This document shows, in pieces, positions 12,109-22,390 of a DNA stretch of 64,000 bases. Made by a program: the position numbers and the translations under genes. A model generated the notes under the pieces. That model was not told the DNA's origin. It worked only from the letters and a program-made list of their open reading frames with translations, and made no database searches. Source of the stretch: Marsupella aquatica (Eukaryota; Plantae; Marchantiophyta); assembly GCA_973895155.1 (NCBI GenBank), contig OZ316892.1, positions 20,223,869-20,287,868 of the forward strand, read 5' to 3'. The stretch's first letter is position 1. Each line of letters starts with the position of its first letter.

Positions 12109-15100
12109 ATGGCAGCTTTGGTAGTGGCCACCGAGGTTGTGGCGTTGGTGGGCGGGATCGTCGACCTCTGCAAAAGAATCTCCGACATTGCGTCCAATTT
12201 AGAGACTCTCGGAGGGACCTCGGCCAATCTTTCGACTGACATTGAAACCCTTCACTCAAGAATCCAGGATGTTCAGGAGCAACTTAGCATTCGTGGGGAA
12301 CGTGTGAATGGCAACGTGGTGAAGAAGTTGGAGACTGCGAACTCCACACTGTTGAAAGCAGAGTCGGACATACAAGATCTGAAGACAAGATTTGAAAGCA
12401 ATAAGTGTTGTTTCCTACGATGGTGGCTGTCTGTCAAATTATGTATGAATTCATTCTCAGCTAAACTTGATGAACGAATTCGATCTGTGGACAAGGCCTT
12501 CGACGATGTCATCAAAATCATGAAGGACGAGATAGAACTAAAAACTCTTGTGCAACAGGATGCCGACCTTCGACCTACCCCAACAAAAATGTCCCCCATT
12601 GATGACCTTTATGTTCCTATTGTGGAGGTACAGAATGCTGTCATCGCAGCAATTGAAAAATTGGATGGCCCTCCCTTAGTATTGTTGCATGGTGGCGTCG
12701 GCAAAGGGAAATCTACTTTAGCAAGATATGTGCATAAGTTTTATGAAAACAGAACAGAAGCGTTTCAGTATGTGCTCCTAGTCAACTGTGCAGGCAGCTC
12801 CAAATTTGATCCTTCGAACAAGCAGTATGAAATCTTGAGGAGACTTTCTCCCGCTAGCTTAACCATTAATCCAGGGAGAGAACACAATGACTTTAATATT
12901 AGGATTGCACAATCCCTCCATGAATTTTTCTTGAGTGGCAGCAAGATGTTAATCATTTTAGACGATGTCTCAGACCGTCTGTTTATCGCTGAGATGTTGA
13001 AGGCTTCTCAATGTCGTACAAACGTGAAGTACTTTGTTACTTCCCAAAATCCCGATTTGTGTAACAGCTGTAGGAAGTATTCTTTCCCTATTCCCATGAG
13101 CGATCCCAATGATCATGAGGCGAAGACGATTCTTGCAACCCTTGTTGGACTGAAGGACAACTTAATTCCGGAAAAGTTACAGGTCCGTTTCCGAAATTCA
13201 CTTTCAGACCTTTTGTTTGTTTGTTCCTTATCATGTTCAAAGTTTACGTTGGACTGTAAAATTCAAAACAATGCTCTATTTCAATGTTGTGTAGCATTGA
13301 ATTATTTAATAAGTATATGTTAAAGCTTCGTTACCAAGATTGGTTTTCCATGGTTTAATAACTATTACGGCAATATTTTGTTTGACATGCAGAGATTTGC
13401 AGATCAGATGATAAAGGCTACAGGTGGAAACCCATTAGCTCTCTCCTGTTTGGCGAGTAATTTTGCTAATAACCAAGACAAAACAAATGTGCGCGCATGG
13501 AATGAAGCCTACGGAGCACTGTGTCACATACTTGGCGAGTCAGAGAATATGACGGTCCTCTGGGGCACTTCTGATGATACTCCCCCCAGAAGTCTTTGGG
13601 CTGCCATGCAAGTTTGTATTAATTGTTTGCAGAGCCAGGATGCCAAAGATATATTGTTCTTGATGTACGCCTGCGAAGGAGAATCAGTCCCAGAGGAGGT
13701 GTTGAGAATTCTGCATGCTACAGCAAAAACTTCGGGTGGCATGTTTTCCACGTCAATTGCAGAATTATGGTCCAGGGAACTCTTGAAAGCTAGTACTAAT
13801 ACCATAGCACAAAAGCTGTTTTTTGAAAGTAAGGACCAAATAAAGTCCAAGTCATGTTCCATGTTGACGACACTGAAGCTCTACATTGACCAGCATATGG
13901 CTAGTGACCAGGAAATGCGGACTCTTTTCAGTGTTTTCAGAGGGGAAGGTGAAACTAAAGCGGATTCTAGCATCAACCATGAACGGGGCTCTGAAGTAGA
14001 ACCAATGGACAACAGGCAGACCAAAGTGGCAATCGCTCTGTGTGCATTGTACTTCGATCGAGATCATACTGATAAAAATGTAAAAGAGGCTGCAACTTGG
14101 GCTTGCGAAAAATCGCGTATGAACGACTGGAATGCTACCATCAAAGACAGGAGACGAAAGGCCATTGAGCCCCTAATCTGGTTGCTGGACCAGACAGAAA
14201 TAGACGACCCTACATGGAGAGAATCACATATCCACTGTCTGAGACAGGTACCTCCGGCAGCCCTTAAGGTTTTTGATTTATCCTCCACTTTCGATAGATT
14301 CATTTGTGCATGTTATTAACTTACCGTGTTGAACCAATGTTTCCACTGTCTAGGACTTACCTCCTGTAACGTTTGAGAAACAGTATCTTATGTATTTTTA
14401 TATGTTGCGTCATGGTGATCATATTTTCGTGTCAGCCATCCCATATCTATAAACCACAATATTGTTTTTAAGAAGTCAGAACAACAGCATGCATTTGTCT
14501 CCTGAACACTTCACGTGCATGCTGAGCTATGTTTCTGGGTTTACTGCAAGAAACAAAAACAAAAGTTAGAAATAGAAATATGCAGTGAATTTGTACTTGG
14601 GAGAAATCTTGCGGAAATCTTGCTGTGCATTACAGTTTGCCTTATTTTGAAACGAGAGGAATTTGTATCCCCGAGATTCCAGCCCGATGGATTCTCCTTC
14701 CCGAAGTAACTTGTATGACTCTTTTTAGTTTCTTTCATGATTACAGGTATTTCTAAGGTACATCTGTTTCAACGAGCTTGATGTCAGCAACATCTGTATC
14801 CTGTTGAAGTTGACGAGTTGTCCATCAGCCCAGTTGGCAATGCTCGTTGCTCTTGCCGACATTCTTGAAATCGAAGAAATACCTTTGCTGAAAAGTGATC
14901 GTGTGACTTTTGTGCAAGAACTGGTGCACATTTTGAAATCCAATGCAGATTTCAACCGAAGTATTCAGGGCGCCGCCTGGAAAGCACTAGAAAAACTTTC
15001 CTGGAAAGCTAGTAAGGAAAGGGAGTCGGATTCTATCGTACGCAGCACACCAGATCTTTTGCCCACATTGGAACGCACTCTCCGAGATTCAGATACCCGT

Positions 15101-16234
15101 GCAACAGTTGCTGCCTCGATTTTGTGGAGTCTATCATATGACGGAGATGAATCAATATCCCTCTATATTCTCACTGGAGATGGCGCCGGATTGCTCGATA
15201 GCCTGGTCAAATCTCTCTCCAAGGACGGGAACCCTAAAGTACAGGTACATGCAGCATGGGCTTTAAATAATCTAGCATGGGGACAGGACACGATCAAACT
15301 CAGAATTTTAGGTGAACATGGGGCACTGGAGGGCCTCGTGGGGGCTCTGTCCAAGATTCAGAATCCCAAATTGCAAGAAGCAGCAGCATGCGCATTGTGG
15401 GGTCTAGCTACAGGAGGGGAGTCCATCAAACTCCAAATTGCGGGTGCAGATGGGACACTTGCAGGCCTGGTCAAGTCTCTCTCGGAGGACGAGAACCCTG
15501 AACTACAGGGAAATACAGCTTTTGCTTTAAGCAATCTAGCATATGGACTGCAGCCAATGAAGACCAGAATTTTGGATGAAGCTGGGGCGCTCGAGGGCCT
15601 CGTGGGGGCCTTGTCAAAGGACCGGAATCCCAAATTGCAAAAGAATGCAGCAGGGGCTTTAGCTAATCTATCCATGGGAGGGGACTCAATGAATCTCAAG
15701 CTCAGAATTTTGGATGAAGCTGGGGCGCTCGAGGGCCTTGTGGGCGCCTTGTCAAAGGACAGGAATCCCACATTGCAAAAGAATGCAGCAGGGGCTTTAG
15801 CTAATCTATCCATGGGAGGGGACTCGACGAATCTCAAGCTCAGAATTTTGGATGAAGCTGGGGCGCTTGAGGGCCTCGTGGGGGCGTTGTCAAAGGACCG
15901 GAATCCCAAATTGCAAAAGAATGCAGCAAGGGCTTTATCTAATCTAGCCATGGGAGGGGACTCAACGAATATCACAATTGTGAAGAAGGAAGGGGCACTT
16001 GCAGGCCTGCTGAGGGCGTACTCGAAAGGCAATAATATGCTTTTGCAGAAGCACGTTGCAGCCGCGTTAGTCAAATTGGCGTCTACACAAGACCCATCAA
16101 TCAAGATCAAAGCGAGGTCCGAGGAGGGCTGGTTGGCTGCTCTGACCAAATCTGCAGCCGAGGGTGACACTGAGTTTCGAAAGGAAGCACAACGGGCATT
16201 GGAGAATCTTGAGGTCGGTAAGCCTTGGGGCTAG
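12109..16234 (+). CDS. NLR-like STAND protein: N-terminal four-helix/CC(RPW8/HeLo-like) domain, NB-ARC-like NTPase, Armadillo repeats; about 1138 aa; exons 12109-13182, 13393-14247, 14747-16234
   Basis: Both introns are GT-AG and phase 0, and the exons splice in frame. P-loop GGVGKGKSTLA, Walker B LIILDDV, RNBS-B-like YFVTSQN, GLPL-like GGNPLAL. The C-terminus has 44-46-aa ARM repeats (GALEGLVGALS...NPKLQ..AA.AL.NL). The N-terminal domain assignment is by resemblance only. Confidence 0.88.
15170..15975 (+). repeat. Coding ARM-repeat array of copy 1 (six high-identity units; three near-identical 138-bp units start at 15566, 15704 and 15842)
   Basis: AGAATTTTGGATGAAGCTGGGGCGC recurs at exactly 138-bp spacing; the preceding units are 132 bp. 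Confidence 0.93.
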
Positions 16235-18150
16235 AAATGGCTCGAGAGGTTCCTCTTAAGACTGGGCTCGTGAAGACCACCCAGAGCAAACTAAGGTATT
16301 CAGCGATTCATGTGGCATATTTTAGTTTCTCACAAGCGTGGAATTTCTCAGTTGGGAAGGACTGGTCCAAGGTTCAACTCCTATGCCCAGATCATACGAA
16401 GGACAATTGTTTATTATATCAGAGTACCCCAAGGCTTGAATAGCCATATCTGGGCTTACAGCTCACTTGAATGTCTGAATCAAAAACTTCTCCCTTGTAC
16501 GTATTCACGTTAATCTCCCAAGCTTGGGAACGCCAAGACTGATTGAAGCATCTGCTAGCAAGTAGGTAAATTCTCTTTGAACAAGGTTCAGACAGGCAAT
16601 GTTGGAGCTCCGGGGTGTCTAGGCAATTGGTCCTGTCTACGGATCCTGTGGCCCCAGACTTGATGGTTACATCACAATCATCAGATTCAGATTACTCCAC
16701 GGTAGTTCGACACCTTTGTAAGCCATGCCCAGTGATCGAACAGCACTCGCTCAGCTACCTGTTTGTGTGAAGAAGTTCTCTGCTAAGTTCGTTGGACAAT
16801 CACCAAGTTAGAGATAAGAAATCTTGTAACTGGTTGCTTAAATGTTCTGCGCTAGTCCTCCTTGTATTTCCGCAAGACGATTGTTTTTCTCTTTTGTCTG
16901 GCAAGCTCACTTTCCTGCTTGTCCTGTTTGTCCTGTTTGTCATTTCCCCCGTTTGGAATTCCGTAGACTTGAAAATTCATTCACTCTCTCGGTTGCGATC
17001 TCAGAAGTTTGAAAGGACACTTGAAAGTAATTTTCCAAGTACTAACAGAAAATGTTCTTAAATTTCAGGATAATTTGAAAGACGTGGAAGAGTAGAACGC
17101 CTCTTTGTTAGCTCTTGGAGTCTTGTCTGCTAGAAAATTGTGGAAATACCCGACGGATTCAAAATGGACCCTGACCCACCCTGTCGCCCGAGGGTCCGCA
17201 CCTCCACAGACGCAAGACGTGCGGATTCGCTGCGCTCTCTGGAATTCTGGTGAGTCCATTGATTCTCATTATTTTCGAGTTCACGGTTTTACTATCGTCA
17301 AAGTTAACGAAGAGCATTTGGAATTTTAGAAAAGCGCACACTCCGCAGTTGCGGATTTGCTTGAAAATAAATGTGCAAAAGCTTATTTCACTCCTTGGAC
17401 GAGATTTGTAGAAGCGTAACTTGAAGTTGCTGGTCCCTTTCTACGAGGATCCTTCACTCGTCCTTAATGACGTGCAAGGAGGTTAGACCTTACCCTCACC
17501 GGCAAGTCGTGGTTTTGATAAGTTGCTTCAGGTGAAGAATTATCTGTACGTGGTTTAGCTGATTGTTCTGATTCGCTTGGGTCTTGACTAATGAAAAGCA
17601 TTCAGCCGAATATCCGTTTGCTTCCAGGTCGGTGATGGTGAGCGTTTTGGAAATTGAGGTATTTCCCCCAATCCATATGAGACCCTGCTTTTCTAGGCAT
17701 GTAGTCAGTTCCCTTCCCATTTTTGCAGTCACGATTTCGACGTCTCTGAAGTTGATGCTCTGCTATTCTCGTTTCACTGTACACGGCAGACACAGTTACA
17801 ACGCAGGCGGCTCAGGTGATGCAGATACGCAAACCCTCTGAAATATTCTAACCTCATTCTTCTTTGTGAGCAGGGTTTAATTGAGGTTGCCCTGGAAGAC
17901 CTTGCTTGCAGTTGATTGTTTCACAAAGTACGAATTGGACGCCAGTAGTAAAGTAAGGACCCGAACTCCTAAATCTGATTCATACAAGTTTCAGTAAGCC
18001 TCACGAGTCTCACTGTCCAGCCAACCAGAGTGTAAATCATTTTGCCTCCAGGAAATCTACTCTCCTTGGACCTGGAAAATGGACAGTGCACAGTAGGTGA
18101 TTGTTTTAGATTTATCTAGGTGATCTGCTCAATTTACACTGTACTGAACT

Positions 18151-19594
18151 GAAATGGCAATGGTGGCAAGCAAGAAAATGGAGGACGAGAAGAAGGCTTG
18201 TCTGGGCTGCGTAATCTAATTTTCTCTGCTGTGAAGCACTTCTCTGAGGAGTTTTCACGAGAGTTGAGGAATGAGACCGGTTTTGACAACGAAGTTGCTC
18301 TACTCCGTTTGGGAGCAGAGTATTACGCTCTGCGAGAGAAACTTGGAGGCGGACTGATTGCGGCACAAGATGAGGTGCAAAGCAAGGTGAATGTAGTGAG
18401 GGAGCGAGGCACAGGTGCTGTGAACAACGTTCGGCACAGATTCTGGCCTCAGTTTGTTATTTGGAACCGGATAGAACTCTGGCAGGTCCGTTCTCATCAA
18501 TCTTTACTTAGTTGTATGTTCTTATTCGTGGAAATGAAATGAATATAGAGTTGAATAAAGTCTGGATTTTCAAACCTGTGAAGTTCCTCTGGCTCTGCCT
18601 CCCGTCATCTAACTTTGCCACCTTTACAGGCCAAGAAAAGGATATTAGCGTTCCTGGAGTTGCACGCATTACTACCTGGCAGGAGCGCCTTGCAGAGTGG
18701 AATAGAGTTTTTTAGAGGGAGACGTTAAAAGAAACCTTGGGCGCAGCATCAAGCCAATGTGAGGTTGATGTCGATTGGCCAAAACTTGTAGCACAGATTG
18801 AGAATGCCAAGCAGGAGAAGAAGAGGCTCCGAAGGCATAGAGAGCATTCTGGTTTGCAAGGGAGTGGTGGAAACATCGGCCAAATTGCCCTACACTTACA
18901 TTCTGGCCAAAGTTCTGAATCATGAGGTACGTACATGGGAATGTCTTTCTTGACTTCATCCTGGTAAAGTGTTGATATTTAGCCATGTGCTTGAATTAGT
19001 CTCTCCTGTTGAATTTAACTCAGGTAAATCACTGCCTCAAAGATGCTCGCTCAGGTGGCGAATTAAATTAAATATCTCCGATGGTTCCCCCTCACATAAC
19101 TGCAGTGGATGGAGATCAATCGATGTACCGTTGAGACTGGGATTTCCTTGTTGTTTTATCTAGGTGAGGGCAGCTGTATATACTGAAGACATATATGACG
19201 AAGCTTTGTGTGACAATGAAGGAGGGTTTCCCTACTGATTATGTTGTGAGTAGTACTATGCCACCTTAGGTTTACGGTTATGTAGGCGATGTCCCATTGG
19301 CTGATGCTCTGTATGCCCTGATTATTTACTCTCACTACTTGCACTAGTAGATTCTTCCACAAGTTTGAATCTCAATGACTCCCAATTTGAGGATTCCTTA
19401 TCAAGTTTGAGCCAGAATGGGAGGAATTGTTTTATGACAGGTAATTTCATGCACTCTTCTACAGCTTGATATTCCAGTGGATCCAACTACATATACAATG
19501 CTGGAAACGTCTGGAGTTGAAATTGATGGTCTACACTTAAGTGGTTTGTACTACTATGGATCTTACTTGTACTATTACCAAGTGTGTTGGTCAT
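18151..19594 (+). pseudogene. Truncated, internally deleted duplicate of the 5' part of FtsH12
   Basis: 18151-18544 matches 36125-36518 and 18545-19594 matches 37937-38959. It lacks the start codon and exons 2-3, and has an in-frame TAG near 18713 plus indels. Confidence 0.93.
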
Positions 19595-20997
19595 CTTACT
19601 ATAAAAGCACGAGTGAAGCCTGAAGCCTCTAGACCGCAACTTCTAATACAAACAAAACTGATAATGAGGCTCAATAAGGTCAAACTTTTAAATAGGATAA
19701 CAAAAATGACATCAACTCTAAATAAAGACAAAACTGAAATGAGGATGGACAAAAAAACAGGGATGGGACAAAGACTAACCAATCTGAGTCCAAAGGGGTG
19801 TAAGATGACAAAGTTATGACCACAAAACCACAAGAAGTTGCTGGAGTCTCTCTCTAAGTGCACACTCTAGGAACTAGCATCCAGTGTGAACTTACCTTTG
19901 GTCTGCACTACGTGATAAGTGCAAAAACATGGAACTTCCCTAAACTCTAAACACAAAACTATGCATTTCTTCATAAGAGCTACATTGCCTCCATGTAGAA
20001 TGGGCACCTTTGGCAGTGACTTGTGACTCCTAGCCTAAATTGTACATCCCTGCCATAAGGGTTTCTACTACCCAACATGATCCCTTACCCCATCAGTGCA
20101 ATTGTTATGCTCCATATAAACCCTTTACCCAACATGATCCCTGACCCCGTAAGCGCAGATGTTATGCTCGGTATAATTGCAATGCACTTATCAATAAGTG
20201 TATGTCAATGGAATTGTGCACCTACCAATTAGTTTCAATATACACTAATAGAGGATTTTCACTTATATTGTTGTTGTTTAGTGAAAGTTTTCTGGCCTCT
20301 TTGAACTGACAAAGATTGCAAAATCCACCAAAAAGGGAAGAACAATACAATGTACAGTTGTCCAGGGTTTTCACTTATGGAGTGTGCACTTAAAGAGAGA
20401 CCACTCTACCTGGAATCTGAAATTAAAAACACTCCATATTTAACTTGCACTTTTGACACACTTTCTAGAGTTCATGTGTCCCAACAGACAGACATGGCAC
20501 TAAGAGAACTCGAGCAGAACACCTTACCAACTTAAATTAGCAGTTGCTTAAAGAGCCCACCGTGGCTGTTAAGTTTCAGGCCCAATCATCCATGTCTGTG
20601 GATCTAGAATTAAGATCTGATGGCTTATGCTGAGCCTTGTGACCATTCCCCACTATCGTCCTCTATACTAGCTGGCACAAGATCACATTCTATGATATTC
20701 TGAATCCAACTGGGAACAGTTTTCCCTTGAATTTTCACCGGTACAAAGGTCTTGGTGTACAAGGGCCCCCTTTAAAGCCATCCAACCCACATCTAATGGC
20801 CAAGAACAATGGTGATTGCATTTTCATCCTGGAACAAACTTGAGAATTTTTTTCCTGTACGTATTTTAGTCTATCTTAAACACTATTAGTAGAATTTTTA
20901 TTCCTACATGAAGGGGTCTGGGTTGCCAGTTTGGGGTAGAACAAAAACATCGGGAATAAAAAAAAGAGTTTAGCGGGTTAAGGGGCAATGAAAGAAT

Positions 20998-21040
20998 GAG
21001 CTTTTGCTTTGCTTGGTAATGTACTTGTCTAATGTACCAA
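20998..21040 (-). pseudogene. Inverted continuation of the FtsH12 pseudo-exon (WYIRQVHYQAKQK)
   Basis: The reverse complement TTGGTACATTAGACAAGTACATTACCAAGCAAAGCAAAAG matches 38960-39000 and resumes exactly where the plus-strand match stops at 19594. Confidence 0.85.
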
Positions 21041-21532
21041 ACTAGCCCCATGACCTGTTCCTTGAACTAAATATATATAAAGAAAAATCTTGCGCAATAA
21101 AATTCCTATGTTATTTTGTCTCCTCCATATCCATGCAAATTCCACTTGAAATTCCCACCACTAGGTAATTCCTACCTGACACTCAATCATGCCTTCTCTT
21201 TTGACTCTCCTCCTCCATGCAACTCATGATTTGTCTTTCAATTGTCTTTTACTAATGTAATCTTTCACTTTGACCACTTACATTCTGAAATATTTATACT
21301 TCCTCTTCAACAACATTTTGCAATGCATGGGCGTAGTCGGTGCTTTCTTGCATGCCTCTTTGTACAGTGCATGAGGTTCTAAGAAGTGTTTGTTTTGTTT
21401 AGAGTTGTCCCTTGCTAAGTGCATTTTTTAGGGAAATATCAATAAATGGATGAAACCATTCAAATTGTTGTTGGATGAGCATTCAGACCATATGGAGTGA
21501 ACAGATACAGGGGGAAATCTTTGCTCAATGAA

Positions 21533-22390
21533 ATGGAGCTACTCCATGCCTTCATTCCTGAAAACTTGAGGATGCTCATCCTGTCCACACCCTTCCACTA
21601 CCTGAGGTTCGTCAAGGTGTTGTTCCACAATCAAGTCTGTTGATATCTTCAGCATATAAAGCTGAGTTCAAAAATCAGGATTTAGGATTTAGGGTTTTAA
21701 GATTGAAGGTTTTAGCAACTAACAGAGAGGAGATCATCATTTGTGTTTTCTTTGTGTCATGCAGCTACTGGAGCAGCTAACAAACCCAAACTTCACAGTT
21801 TGCTCTAAGGTTGCAGAGAATGCTGCAACCTGGAAGCGTGACGGCAATGCCGCTTTTGGCAGCCAGAATTTTGATCAAGCGTTATCTTGTGACACCAAGG
21901 TCAGTTTGGTCTTGGGGCTTATGTGGCTTCCAATAATTTTGCTCTCCTGGTTTGATTAAGTGGCTTAGGCGTGGCGTTGACCATCTATATAGTGAATGTC
22001 GTTGCAGAATATGAAAGAAGAATAAGACTTGTCCAATTATCAAACTGACAGAGCACGGAGATAAATTCAAGTGACTATAGAGCGCTTGTTTGGGCTATTT
22101 TGTTTGCATCCTTAGCTTTCTCGGTTCCAGTAGGTGATATAGTAGTTGCGATGACCACACATGTAACTAATCACATGGGCAACACATGGAAAGGGAATGA
22201 CAGAAATGAGCTAGTCTAAATACGATTGATGACATTGTTTGTGTTCTCTCATACTACACTTCCAGAAAAAAATTGCCTGTGGATGTTGGTTGGGACATTT
22301 ATGAATGCCAGGCATCCAGTTGATTCCAAGGAGGAGGACAGCAGGAAAGCCCAGGCGGTTCTTTTTATCAACAGGACTACTACTTTACAT
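21533..22390 (+). pseudogene. 5' fragment (three exon-like pieces) of a TPR / SET-MYND (SMYD4-like, Arabidopsis TPR9-like) gene
   Basis: MELLHAFIPENL from 21533; LLEQLTNPNFTVCSKVAENAATWKRDGNAAFGSQNFDQALSCDTK (21765-21899, AG/GT flanked); HPVDSKEEDSRKAQAVLFINRTTTLH (22312-22390, AG/GT flanked). These resemble the N-terminal TPR helices of plant SMYD4-like proteins as I recall them. Frame is broken and no later exons are visible. Confidence 0.65.

Larger units (their letters stand above)
8717..18154. repeat. Tandem segmental duplication, high-identity core of copy 1 (paralog about 23490-32755)
   Basis: Continuous colinear similarity at an offset of about 14.7-15.5 kb, covering the upstream region, the NB-ARM gene and the downstream flank; 16766-17650 is absent from copy 2. 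Confidence 0.95.

Noticed and set aside
15566-15975. Regularly spaced repeats as a CRISPR array
   Set aside because: The units are contiguous in-frame coding repeats with no unique spacers, in a eukaryotic intron-containing gene with no cas genes.
15358-16170. 270-aa minus-strand ORF (and the 289-aa ORF at 30811-31680)
   Set aside because: Antisense shadow of the repetitive ARM coding sequence; a stop-free unit repeated several times gives a long ORF.
12109-16234. Reading the locus as a separate NB-ARC gene plus an importin-alpha or U-box/ARM gene
   Set aside because: The ARM exon has a good acceptor in phase with exon 2, no IBB or U-box domain, and the same arrangement is kept in both paralogs.
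21680-21700. TTTAGG(A/G)TTTAGGG telomere-like motif as a healed break
   Set aside because: Only about two degenerate units in AT-rich intron-like sequence; not distinguishable from a telo-box or chance.
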